Source of the DNA: a candidate division WOR-3 bacterium | GTDB lineage: Bacteria; Hydrothermota; UBA3072; B12-G15 | Assembly (NCBI GenBank): GCA_965649055.1 | Contig: CBFGJG010000003.1 | Location: 22,998-86,997 of the forward strand | DNA length: 64,000 bases | Reading direction: 5' to 3' | Shown: positions 26,540-35,767 of the stretch, in pieces | How the letters are laid out: each line of letters begins with the position of its first letter | How positions within the stretch are numbered: position 1 is the first letter of the stretch | Notes under the pieces: model-generated | The model's database searches: none | What the model was told of the DNA's origin: nothing | Seen by the model: the letters and a program-made list of their open reading frames with translations, nothing else | Position numbers and translations under genes: made by a program

Positions 26540-27381
26540 GAGAAATAGATTATAATTTAATAGTTGATAAAGTAAAAGATTTATGTATGGATGCAAATTA
26601 TTTTGAGCCTGAGGATGTGATTGAAAAAATGAAGGAATTTATGGAGAAAGAAGAGTCTGATGTTGCAAAAAATATAATGAATGTCCTTATTGAAAATTAT
26701 AAGATTGCTAAGGAAGAAAAGATATCCATATGTCAGGATACTGGTTTTGCATTCTTTATAGTAGAAATCGGTGAAGATGTTAAGGTGAAAAATGGTAATA
26801 TAGTTGATGCTATTTACGAAGGGGTAAGAAGAGGTTATAAGGAAGGATATTTAAGAAAGTCTATCGTGAATGACCCTGTATTTCTAAGGAAAAACACAGG
26901 TGATAATACCCCACCTGTTATCCATTTTGAGATAGCTAAGGGCGATAAAATTAAGATAAAGTTCGCACCAAAAGGTGGTGGTTCAGAAAATATGAGCGAG
27001 GTTCGTATGCTTGTTGCAGCTGATGGTGTTGAAGGAATTAAGAAATTTGTTATAGAAAGGGTACAAAAGTCAGGCGGGAATCCATGCCCACCTGTTGTTA
27101 TAGGAATAGGAATAGGTGGAACCTTTGATTATGTTACATACCTTGCAAAAAAGGCATTGTTTAGGAAATTGGGAGAACATAACCCTGATGAAAGATATGC
27201 GAAACTTGAAGATGAATTATTACAGGAGGTGAACAAACTCGGAATTGGCCCAATGGGACTTGGTGGAAGGACTACTGCACTTGCTGTTCATATAGAATTT
27301 TATCCCTGTCATATTGCAAGTATGCCTGTTGCTATAAATATGCAATGCCATGCAGCAAGGCACAAAGAAATTGAAATTTAG
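26536..27381 (+). CDS. Class I (Fe-S) fumarate hydratase / L(+)-tartrate dehydratase-type alpha subunit
   Basis: The CQDTG motif in context (ISICQDTGFAFFIVEIGEDV), at a length typical of the alpha subunit of two-subunit Fe-S hydro-lyases. Confidence 0.8.
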   Translation: MREIDYNLIVDKVKDLCMDANYFEPEDVIEKMKEFMEKEESDVAKNIMNVLIENYKIAKEEKISICQDTGFAFFIVEIGEDVKVKNGNIVDAIYEGVRRGYKEGYLRKSIVNDPVFLRKNTGDNTPPVIHFEIAKGDKIKIKFAPKGGGSENMSEVRMLVAADGVEGIKKFVIERVQKSGGNPCPPVVIGIGIGGTFDYVTYLAKKALFRKLGEHNPDERYAKLEDELLQEVNKLGIGPMGLGGRTTALAVHIEFYPCHIASMPVAINMQCHAARHKEIEI

Positions 27382-27386
27382 GAGGG

Positions 27387-27941
27387 ATGATGATAAAGGT
27401 TAATTCCCCTTTAGACGAGAAAATTATTAAGGAATTAAAGGTTGGTGATTATGTGCTTTTGACTGGAATTATTTATACAGGTAGGGACGCTGCACATAAA
27501 AGATTCATTGAAACTATTGAAAAAGGCGAGAAACTCCCATTCGATATAAAAAATGCGGTGATATATTATGTTGGGCCAACACCGGCAAAACCAGGAATGC
27601 CAATAGGTTCTTGTGGACCAACAACGAGTTACAGGATGGATAAATACACACCAAAATTACTTGAACTCGGTCTTAAAGGTATGATAGGTAAAGGTGAAAG
27701 AAAAAAAGAAGTGATAGATGCAATGGTAAGATTTGGTGGTGTTTATTTTACTGCCTTTGGCGGTGCTGGAGCATACTATTCAAAATGTGTTAAGAAGGCA
27801 GATATAATAGCATATGAAGATTTAGGTCCTGAAGCGGTTATGAGGCTTGATGTTGTTGATTTTCCACTTATTGTGACTATAGATACTTATGGTAATGATC
27901 TATCTTTGATAGGTATTGAAAAATACAGGAGCATAAAATGA
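27387..27941 (+). CDS. Class I fumarate hydratase beta subunit
   Basis: LTGIIYTGRDAAHKR and a Cys/Gly-rich C-terminal region typical of the Fe-S hydro-lyase beta subunit. 184 aa. Confidence 0.8.
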   Translation: MMIKVNSPLDEKIIKELKVGDYVLLTGIIYTGRDAAHKRFIETIEKGEKLPFDIKNAVIYYVGPTPAKPGMPIGSCGPTTSYRMDKYTPKLLELGLKGMIGKGERKKEVIDAMVRFGGVYFTAFGGAGAYYSKCVKKADIIAYEDLGPEAVMRLDVVDFPLIVTIDTYGNDLSLIGIEKYRSIK

Positions 27942-29062
27942 AAAGAAGTCTTGTATCAGGGAATGAAGCAATTGCTTATGGAGCACTTGCAGCAGGTATT
28001 AAATTCTATGCTGGTTATCCTATAACCCCTTCTTCTGATATTGCAGAGATACTTGCGAGGGAACTTCCTAAAAAAGGTGGTAGATTCATTCAGATGGAGG
28101 ATGAAATTGCTTCAATGGGCGCAATAATAGGCGCATCACTTGCTGGAATGAAAACAATGACTGCAACAAGCGGTCCCGGGCTTTCTTTAATGCTTGAAAA
28201 CATAGGTTTTGGGATTATGGTAGAAGCACCCTGTGTAGTTGTGGATGTCCAGAGGGGAGGCCCTTCAACAGGACTTCCAACTTTTCCTTCACAGGGAGAT
28301 TTAATACAGGCAAGATGGGGAACACATGGTGACCATGAGATAATAGTTATTTACCCAAATTCAGTTATGGAATGTTTTGAGTTGACCGTTAAGGCATTCA
28401 ATCTTGCTGAAGAATACAGAACACCTGTTATTCTTCTTTCCGACGAGATAATTGCACATTTGAGGGAGATAGTTGAATTCCCTGATAAAGTTGAAATTGT
28501 TGACAGGAAAAAACCAACTGTCCCACCTGAAAAATTTCTACCTTATACCGATGAATTTGGTGATGTTCCACCAATGCCTGATTATGGTTCAGAATACAGG
28601 TATCATACAACAGGTCTTGCACATGATGAGACAGGATTCCCTGTTCATCATCCTGATAAGGTTGAGAAACTTCTTTTAAGGATAACAGGAAAGATAACAA
28701 AAAATAGGGATAAAATGGCAGATATTGAGATTCGTTATCCGGAATCTGAATATTTTGTCTTTTCACTTGGTTGTGTTTCAAGGGCTGCAGGTGAAATTGT
28801 TGAATATTTCAGGGGAAAAGGTATAAATATAGGTCTTATAAGACCAAGGGTCTTATTCCCATTCCCTGAAAAACAAATCAGGTCTTTAGGTGATAAGGCT
28901 AAGAAGATTTTTATATTTGAAATGAACCATGGACAGATAGTCCATGTTGTGAGAAGATGTGTAAAAACAGAAAAAATCAAATGGTTTGGAAAGGCTAATG
29001 GTGAAATAATCACGCCTGATGAGATGGAGAAAATAATACTGGAGGAATTAAATGGTAACTGA
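27938..29062 (+). CDS. korA: 2-oxoglutarate/2-oxoacid:ferredoxin oxidoreductase alpha subunit
   Basis: N-terminal GNEAIAYGALAAGIKFYAGYPITPSSDI is the KorA/PorA signature. 374 aa. Confidence 0.85.
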   Translation: MKRSLVSGNEAIAYGALAAGIKFYAGYPITPSSDIAEILARELPKKGGRFIQMEDEIASMGAIIGASLAGMKTMTATSGPGLSLMLENIGFGIMVEAPCVVVDVQRGGPSTGLPTFPSQGDLIQARWGTHGDHEIIVIYPNSVMECFELTVKAFNLAEEYRTPVILLSDEIIAHLREIVEFPDKVEIVDRKKPTVPPEKFLPYTDEFGDVPPMPDYGSEYRYHTTGLAHDETGFPVHHPDKVEKLLLRITGKITKNRDKMADIEIRYPESEYFVFSLGCVSRAAGEIVEYFRGKGINIGLIRPRVLFPFPEKQIRSLGDKAKKIFIFEMNHGQIVHVVRRCVKTEKIKWFGKANGEIITPDEMEKIILEELNGN

Positions 29063-29882
29063 AATTGCAAGAAAATATTTAAGGAAGGAAAAATTCCCTT
29101 CAATATGGTGTTCAGGATGCGGGCATGGAATAATACTCGGTTCACTCTTAAGATCCATTGACAAACTTGGTCTTGATAAAAATAAGATAGTTCTTATTTC
29201 AGGAATAGGATGTTCTGGAAGGACACCCGGATATGTTGATTTCTTTACATTACATACAACACATGGAAGGGCTTTAACATTCGCAACAGGTATAAAGATT
29301 TCAAGGCCTGAACTTAATGTTATTGTTGTAATGGGTGATGGAGATGCAGCTGCAATAGGTGGGAATCATCTCATACATTCTGCAAGGAGGAATATAGATA
29401 TAACTGCGATTGTTTACAATAATTCAATATATGGTATGACAGGTGGACAGGTTTCACCAACAACAGGGTATGGATATTATGCTACAACTGCACCATATGG
29501 ACAATACGAATATCCTTTTGATATCGCACAATTGGCAATCGGTGCAGGGGCAACTTTTGTCGCAAGGGGTTCTTCTTATCATATACCTATGCTTGATAAT
29601 TTGATAAAGAAAGGTATTGAACACAAGGGTTTTTCCGTTATTGATGTTATAACAACCTGCCCTGTAAATTTTGGTAGGAGAAACAAGATAACATCAGACC
29701 CTTATGAGAATCTGAAATTCATCTCAAACATTGTTGTTCCAAAATCAAAATATGACCAGATGACCGAAGAAGAAAGAAAAGGAAAATTCCCTATGGGAAT
29801 ACTGAAAGAAGAAATAAAGCCTGAATTAACAGAGATATACAGGATGAAAGAAGAAGAGCTGGGGGTAAAATATGAAGTATGA
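29052..29882 (+). CDS. korB: 2-oxoacid:ferredoxin oxidoreductase beta subunit (TPP-binding)
   Basis: WCSGCGHGII Cys motif and the TPP-binding GDGDAAAIGGNHLIH motif. 276 aa. Confidence 0.85.
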   Translation: MVTEIARKYLRKEKFPSIWCSGCGHGIILGSLLRSIDKLGLDKNKIVLISGIGCSGRTPGYVDFFTLHTTHGRALTFATGIKISRPELNVIVVMGDGDAAAIGGNHLIHSARRNIDITAIVYNNSIYGMTGGQVSPTTGYGYYATTAPYGQYEYPFDIAQLAIGAGATFVARGSSYHIPMLDNLIKKGIEHKGFSVIDVITTCPVNFGRRNKITSDPYENLKFISNIVVPKSKYDQMTEEERKGKFPMGILKEEIKPELTEIYRMKEEELGVKYEV

Positions 29883-30411
29883 AGTTAGATTTTCCGGTTC
29901 CGGTGGTCAGGGTATTATCCTTGCAGGTTTGATATTTGCAGAGGCAGCAGGGATTGATGAGAAGAAAAACGTTGTTCAGACACAACTTTATGGTGCTGCA
30001 ACAAGGGGCGAGATAAGTAAGACAGAGGTTATAATCTCTGATGAAAAGATTAATTATATAAAGGTGAGGAAAGCAGACCTTCTACTTGCACTTAATCAAG
30101 ATTCTTTCAACGCATACAAGGATAATGTTAAGGAAAACGGAATAATTTTAATTGACAGTTTTTATGTGAAAGATTATAATAAGGATGATAAAAGGATAAT
30201 TGCTTTACCATTGAGTGAAACATCCATTAAAATAACTAAAAGAGAGATTGCAACTAATATAGTTGCGTTAGGTGTTATTACTGTTATAAGTAAGATTATA
30301 AGTAAAGAAAGTATGAAAAATGCTGTTTTAAGAAGGATACCAAAAGGAACGGAGGAAATGAATATTGAAGCATTAAATGCGGGATTTTTACTCGGTGAAG
30401 GGATAAAATGA
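29872..30411 (+). CDS. korC: 2-oxoacid:ferredoxin oxidoreductase gamma subunit
   Basis: GSGGQGIILAGLIFAEAA N-terminal signature. 179 aa. Confidence 0.8.
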   Translation: MKYEVRFSGSGGQGIILAGLIFAEAAGIDEKKNVVQTQLYGAATRGEISKTEVIISDEKINYIKVRKADLLLALNQDSFNAYKDNVKENGIILIDSFYVKDYNKDDKRIIALPLSETSIKITKREIATNIVALGVITVISKIISKESMKNAVLRRIPKGTEEMNIEALNAGFLLGEGIK

Positions 30412-31301
30412 TATTGTTATTTGTATCAATAGAATTTGATAATTTCTACAGGGATTTTAAAAATATTATTGACTGGTTTAACAGAATTGGTTCACCTGTT
30501 GGTTTTGAGATGTTATACATTGATAAAGAACCTGTGATAAGTGGTTCTGGAGGAATTTATTTCTTCAGTCCTGAAAACTCAGGTTCATTAAATCCATCTT
30601 ACCCTTTAAGTAAAGATAATTATAAGTTTATTTCAGTTTCTCACAGGACACACTATGCAGGTTCATTCTTTGATAAGATTACATATTTGAATGTGAAAGA
30701 AAAATTTTATTTAGGTGTTATTTTAGAAGGTTTTTTCTCAAATCAAATGGAATTACACGACACAATCCCTGAGACTTCAGACGAATACTATAATGGATAT
30801 GACATTTCTTTAAACATTAGTTCAGGTTATGAATTAAAAAATATGCAGTTAGGTTTAACTATTAAATATCTTTACGAGAAAATATTTATAGAAGATGTTT
30901 CAACATACGGATTTGACATTGGAATTTCAAGGAATTTTGATTCAGGAAAATTTGGTTTTTCTCTGCTTAATCTTGGGCCAAAATACTACGGGAAATTAAA
31001 AAACAGACTACCTATAACATGGAGGATAGGTGGTTCCTATGAAAAAAGTTTTAGTGAAATAAATTCAGGTTTAGGCATTGACATTGTAAAGCCATTACAT
31101 AATGTAACAGAATTTCATACTGGTCTAATATTTGAATATAGTTTTATGAGGATATTCTTAGGTAAGAAGTTCAGGAACACACTTGAAGACTTTTCAACCG
31201 GATTTGAATTCTCAATTAATAAATTTGTTTTTTCCTATTCTTTTTTAATACTGAAAAATTCAGGATTTTCGTCTAATATTAAAACACTCTGGAGATTTTA
31301 A
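30408..31301 (+). CDS. Outer-membrane beta-barrel protein, paralog of the PorV-like gene at 5504..6346
   Basis: [21 protein letters not shown] parallels the GAGARGISC...WWNPANI motif of the other copy. The [11 protein letters not shown] and GYDIGLTFEKK strand motifs are shared. 297 aa. Confidence 0.4.
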   Translation: MILLFVSIEFDNFYRDFKNIIDWFNRIGSPVGFEMLYIDKEPVISGSGGIYFFSPENSGSLNPSYPLSKDNYKFISVSHRTHYAGSFFDKITYLNVKEKFYLGVILEGFFSNQMELHDTIPETSDEYYNGYDISLNISSGYELKNMQLGLTIKYLYEKIFIEDVSTYGFDIGISRNFDSGKFGFSLLNLGPKYYGKLKNRLPITWRIGGSYEKSFSEINSGLGIDIVKPLHNVTEFHTGLIFEYSFMRIFLGKKFRNTLEDFSTGFEFSINKFVFSYSFLILKNSGFSSNIKTLWRF

Positions 31302-32257
31302 TGCCAACCTATCTTGATTTTGAAAAACCAATAGAAGAACTTGAAAAGAAGATTGAAGAATTAAGGAATCTTTCTACTGAACAAAATGTCTCACTTGACG
31401 AGGAGATAAAACCACTTGAAAGGAAACTGAATGAATTGAGGAGAAAGATATTCCAGAATCTTACGCCATGGCAGAAGGTTCAACTTGCAAGACACCCTGA
31501 TAGACCATACACACTTGATTATATAAAACACATATTCACAGACTGGATTGAATTGCATGGAGACAGATTATTTGCAGATGATCCATCTATTGTTGCAGGT
31601 TTCGGTAAGATAGATGGACAGACATTTACAATTGTAGGGACACAGAAAGGAAGGACCGTTGAAGAGAAATTAAAAAGAAATTTTGGTATGCCACATCCTG
31701 AAGGATACAGAAAGGCATTAAGGGTGATGAAGACAGGTGCAAAATTTAATCGTCCTATTATTAGTTTCATTGATACCCCTGGTGCATTTCCCGGTATTGG
31801 TGCTGAAGAAAGAGGACAGGCTATGGCTATAGCAGTAAACATAAAAGAAATGGGTGTTATCCCTGTCCCAATCATTGTTATTATTACTGGAGAAGGTGGG
31901 AGTGGTGGTGCATTAGGAATAGGTGTAGGTGATAGGGTTTTTATACAGGAGAACGCAGTTTATTCAGTAATATCACCGGAAGGTTGTGCATCTATACTTT
32001 GGAGGGACCAGAAGTTTAAAGATAAGGCAGCAGAAGCCTTAAAGATAACAGCAGAAGATATGTTAAGACTTGGTGTTGTTGACAAGATAATACCGGAACC
32101 TGAAGGTGGTGCACACAGGGATTATTATCGCGCATCTATGATAATTAAGGATTTTATTATAAATGCATATAACGAATTGAAATCTATAGATAAAGAGAGA
32201 TTAATAAAAGAAAGGATAGAAAAATTTGGGAAAATGGGAATATTTGAGGAGCAATAA
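31301..32257 (+). CDS. accA: Acetyl-CoA carboxylase carboxyltransferase alpha subunit
   Basis: [35 protein letters not shown] and the [14 protein letters not shown] oxyanion region. 318 aa. Confidence 0.9.
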   Translation: MPTYLDFEKPIEELEKKIEELRNLSTEQNVSLDEEIKPLERKLNELRRKIFQNLTPWQKVQLARHPDRPYTLDYIKHIFTDWIELHGDRLFADDPSIVAGFGKIDGQTFTIVGTQKGRTVEEKLKRNFGMPHPEGYRKALRVMKTGAKFNRPIISFIDTPGAFPGIGAEERGQAMAIAVNIKEMGVIPVPIIVIITGEGGSGGALGIGVGDRVFIQENAVYSVISPEGCASILWRDQKFKDKAAEALKITAEDMLRLGVVDKIIPEPEGGAHRDYYRASMIIKDFIINAYNELKSIDKERLIKERIEKFGKMGIFEEQ

Positions 32258-32886
32258 TGCCACTCTCTGGGAGCCTTGAAGATTTTGAAATAACCGATGT
32301 CTTACAGGTTATACATATATCAAATAAAGATGGTGTTCTTTATATAAGGACAGCAAAAGGAAGGGCAATGATGTACTTTAAAGGTGGATTGCTTCTACAC
32401 GCAGAGATAGAAGACGCGATTGGTATGGATGCGGTAAGAAAGATTATTATTTTAAGACAGGGAACTTTTGAATTCAGACCTGGTGATTCAACACCAAATG
32501 TTTCTATAGAACTCCCAATACAGAATGTTATCATTGAAGCAGCAAGACAGATAGACGAATGGAAACAGATGAGGAAATTGATTCCTTCGGTTAATATAAT
32601 AGTAGATTTTGTTGAAGAACCGGAGATATCAAAGATAGAACTTACACCTGATGAATGGAAGATACTAACATCTGTTGATGGAAAGAAGACACTTAAAGAA
32701 CTTGCAAAAACATTATCACTTGATGAATTCACAGTTGCAAAGACACTCTATGGCCTTATCTCATCAGGGCTTCTTAAGGTAACAGGTGAAAAATCAGAAG
32801 AAATCGTTCAAACAAAAGAAGAACCAAAGGAAGAAAAGAAAGAAGAAGATGATAAAAAAAGAGGTGGATTCTTTAGAAGGCGTTAA
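32257..32886 (+). CDS. DUF4388-domain protein
   Basis: GSLEDFEITDVLQVIHISNKDGVLYI...AMMYFKGGLLLHAE follows the DUF4388 consensus. An acidic/Lys-rich C-terminal tail follows. Its start overlaps the accA stop (ATAATG). Confidence 0.5.
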   Translation: MPLSGSLEDFEITDVLQVIHISNKDGVLYIRTAKGRAMMYFKGGLLLHAEIEDAIGMDAVRKIIILRQGTFEFRPGDSTPNVSIELPIQNVIIEAARQIDEWKQMRKLIPSVNIIVDFVEEPEISKIELTPDEWKILTSVDGKKTLKELAKTLSLDEFTVAKTLYGLISSGLLKVTGEKSEEIVQTKEEPKEEKKEEDDKKRGGFFRRR

Positions 32887-33284
32887 TGTCAGAAAAATCC
32901 ATTTACAAAGGTTTTTCCTTAATTGAATTAATTGTCTCAATATCTATTATTTCAATAATTTTATTGTTTTTTTCAGGTATAACAATTTATAATCTAAAAA
33001 TGACAAGAAAATTGAATAATTTGAGGATTGCCAAGGAAATAGCCTACCAGAAATTGTCATATCTTAATTCCATTCCTTTTGATAGCGAAGAATTAAAGAA
33101 AGGAAGACATAAGCAGGAAACAATCGGTAAAAAGTTTGTTCTGAGTTATTCAGTGAAAGAGAAGGAAGAAGCAAAAGGACTGAAATGGATAGAACTTTTT
33201 GTTTATATTATACCCGAGAATGATTCTTTAAGATTCACATGTTTCGTTTCAGAAACAAAATATGAAAAAAATTACACAGAATAA
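32886..33284 (+). CDS. Prepilin-type N-terminal methylation-domain protein (pilin/pseudopilin)
   Basis: KGFSLIELIVSISIISIILLFFSG matches the prepilin peptidase cleavage/methylation motif (G|F-x-L-I-E-L). Confidence 0.65.
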   Translation: MSEKSIYKGFSLIELIVSISIISIILLFFSGITIYNLKMTRKLNNLRIAKEIAYQKLSYLNSIPFDSEELKKGRHKQETIGKKFVLSYSVKEKEEAKGLKWIELFVYIIPENDSLRFTCFVSETKYEKNYTE

Positions 33285-33365
33285 AGATTTATTTTTATTA
33301 ATATGTTGAAAATCAATAATGGATAATCGGGAACAAAAATTTTTTATAAATAATAGGAGGTAAAT

Positions 33366-33887
33366 ATGAGAAAGAAAGGTTTTTCAATAGTTGAACTTGT
33401 TGTAATAATTGCAGTTATGGGACTATTATTCGGGATAGCAGTTCCGCCAACAGTCCAGGTTTTCAGAAGGGCTGTGGACCAAAAGGTGAATGAGGTTGTA
33501 TCTGATCTTAAAGATTTAAGGGAGATAGCGATTGCAAGTAGTGCTAATATTACGATACAGAAGACAGCTGATAATAAACTCACTGTAACAATAGATTATC
33601 CTGACCCGAATACACCGGATGTTCAAAGGGAATATACATACGATAAGATTGTTTTTAAACCTGCTTATGGTTTAAGCACCCCTGTTCCAGATATAGGTGG
33701 CACTATCGATTCTGATGGATTCACATTCCCGAATAATACTATAACTTTTTTAAGATATGGTTCACCCACAAATTCAGGTGCTATATATATCACGGATGCT
33801 AAAAAAGGTAAACAAATATATGCAATAAGTATAACACTTGCAGGCAGGATAAAACTCTGGAAATGGGTGGGAGGAGGTTGGAAATGA
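33366..33887 (+). CDS. Type IV minor pilin (FimU/GspH-like)
   Basis: RBS AGGAGGT 6 nt upstream. KGFSIVELVVIIAVMGLLFGIAVP is a prepilin N-terminus. 173 aa. Confidence 0.65.
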   Translation: MRKKGFSIVELVVIIAVMGLLFGIAVPPTVQVFRRAVDQKVNEVVSDLKDLREIAIASSANITIQKTADNKLTVTIDYPDPNTPDVQREYTYDKIVFKPAYGLSTPVPDIGGTIDSDGFTFPNNTITFLRYGSPTNSGAIYITDAKKGKQIYAISITLAGRIKLWKWVGGGWK

Positions 33888-34351
33888 GGTGTTGTGAACA
33901 CTCATCAAAAAAAAGAGGATTAAAAATCAAAGGATTTACAATACGTGGATTCACAATCCTTGAGGTTGTTATTGCTATAGTCCTTTTTGGACTCCTATAT
34001 GCAGGTCTTTTCAATGCGATATTCATTGGTTTAAGGATGCAGCCAGTTATAAGAACAAGGATTTATGCACATAATGTGATGAACAGATACACTGAGATTT
34101 TAAGGACTTTACCTGTTGAACATCCTTGGTTTACAAATGATGGTGAAAATAATGACACAAATAACATTGACGAACCTGATTTTGCAAGGGTTGATACATA
34201 TAGTATTTCTGATAGTGTAAGATATGTTTACGATGTTATGTGGAATATTTTAGAGAATGTTCCTGAAAACAATATGATTTTTATAAGGGTATTTGTAAGG
34301 CGTGGAAATATTGTTGTCACAAATGATATTGTGAGATGGAGGGGAGAATGA
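33884..34351 (+). CDS. Type IV minor pilin (PilV-like)
   Basis: ATGA overlap with the preceding gene. KGFTIRGFTILEVVIAIVLFGLL is a prepilin motif with a 5-aa tandem duplication. Confidence 0.55.
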   Translation: MRCCEHSSKKRGLKIKGFTIRGFTILEVVIAIVLFGLLYAGLFNAIFIGLRMQPVIRTRIYAHNVMNRYTEILRTLPVEHPWFTNDGENNDTNNIDEPDFARVDTYSISDSVRYVYDVMWNILENVPENNMIFIRVFVRRGNIVVTNDIVRWRGE

Positions 34352-35301
34352 ATAAAAAAGGTTTGACACTTGTAGAACTTATGGTTGCCTTGGTTATATT
34401 TGGTCTTTTTATGGCTTCCATTGTTCAGGTTCTTTCCATGCAGAATAGAAAGAGTGTTCAGGTTCAATCAACATCAAATCTGCAGATGGATGCACAGGTT
34501 GCGTTCAATATATTGAAAAATGATATATATCATGCAGGTTTAGGGATAGGTGTTGAAAGATTTTCAATAATCTCCCAGGATGGTGGGACAAATGCACCAG
34601 ACCAGATCACATTACTTGGTGTGGCTCTGGGTTCTGAGGTTCCGGTTGTTCGATGGAATCCTGTTGTTCAAAGGTCTGAAGGAGGTGTTTTAGTGTGTAG
34701 GAGATGGGGTGATGTATCAAGGGATATTGCAGTGAATGACACTATCTTGATTCTTTCACCTGAAAAAAACCTTATCATTGACAACTTAAAAGTTCAACAT
34801 ATAACAGTGGATGTATCCGACCCTACGATAATGGAAGTTAGGGTTAATAATACAAGTGCATCTGCAAATGCATCTTCAATTGTTTATTGTATTCAAAATA
34901 ATAATGTTTATACAAATGGGATAACATATAGAATACAGACAATAGATGGTATTCCTGTCCTTATGCGTGGGAATGAAAGGTTCCTTGAGAATGTAGAAGA
35001 CCTTGAATTTGCTTATGGTATAGATGTTGATGATGATGGTGAGGTTGAACCAAATGAGTTTGAAAACAGTCTTGAAAATTTTCAAGCACGTATACAGGGC
35101 TTTAACTCTTCTGTCCTTTATGATAGAACTTTTGTAATAAGGGTTTCTATGCTTGTCAGGACTGAAAGCAGATTGCAGGATGTTAGGTTTGCAGAGACTA
35201 TGCAGATTGAGAACAGAACTATAAATTTTACAGATACTGAAAGAAGATTTGATAGGTTATTACTTTCAACAACAATATCACCAAGGAATATAAGGAGGTG
35301 A
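34348..35301 (+). CDS. Type IV minor pilin (PilW-like)
   Basis: GGAGG 5 nt before the ATG at 34348 (ATGA overlap). MNKKGLTLVELMVALVIFGLFMAS is a prepilin N-terminus. ~317 aa, typical of PilW. Confidence 0.55.
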   Translation: MNKKGLTLVELMVALVIFGLFMASIVQVLSMQNRKSVQVQSTSNLQMDAQVAFNILKNDIYHAGLGIGVERFSIISQDGGTNAPDQITLLGVALGSEVPVVRWNPVVQRSEGGVLVCRRWGDVSRDIAVNDTILILSPEKNLIIDNLKVQHITVDVSDPTIMEVRVNNTSASANASSIVYCIQNNNVYTNGITYRIQTIDGIPVLMRGNERFLENVEDLEFAYGIDVDDDGEVEPNEFENSLENFQARIQGFNSSVLYDRTFVIRVSMLVRTESRLQDVRFAETMQIENRTINFTDTERRFDRLLLSTTISPRNIRR

Positions 35302-35306
35302 TTAAA

Positions 35307-35765
35307 ATGAAATTTAAAAAAGGGGTTGTTCTTGTAACAACAGTCCTTGTTATGAGCCTTATCCTTGTTGCAGTCTCTGTTGCGCTTTTTTTAACATCAA
35401 AGTCAATAAGGATTACAGGTGCTGAATACAGGTCATACACATCTTTTGAAGCAGCAGAAGGTGGGATAGACAGAGGTTTACAGACAATACACAATGCATT
35501 CAGGATGGGAGAGAGGATTGATACAACATTTTCAATAAATATAACCAGATACAATGTCCAGATTCACCCGGAATTCCTTGCTACTGCACCACAGCCGGGT
35601 GGTGCTATTGAGTTTGCAGTCGGTTATCTCGGACTTGGTGTTGCAGCATCAAGGGGTGGTGCTATGAATGTTTATGCACTAACATCAACTGCATCAAGGA
35701 CAAGGGGTGAATTTACATCACTTGAAACAATAATAAGAAAAGTTATAGGAATAGCAGGGAGGTAG
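35307..35765 (+). CDS. PilX-like minor pilin (N-terminal PilX domain)
   Basis: AGGAGGTGA lies upstream. MKFKKGVVLVTTVLVMSLILVAVSVALFL resembles the PilX N-terminal domain. An alternative GTG start at 35298 overlaps the previous stop. Confidence 0.5.
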   Translation: MKFKKGVVLVTTVLVMSLILVAVSVALFLTSKSIRITGAEYRSYTSFEAAEGGIDRGLQTIHNAFRMGERIDTTFSINITRYNVQIHPEFLATAPQPGGAIEFAVGYLGLGVAASRGGAMNVYALTSTASRTRGEFTSLETIIRKVIGIAGR

Positions 35766-35767
35766 AT

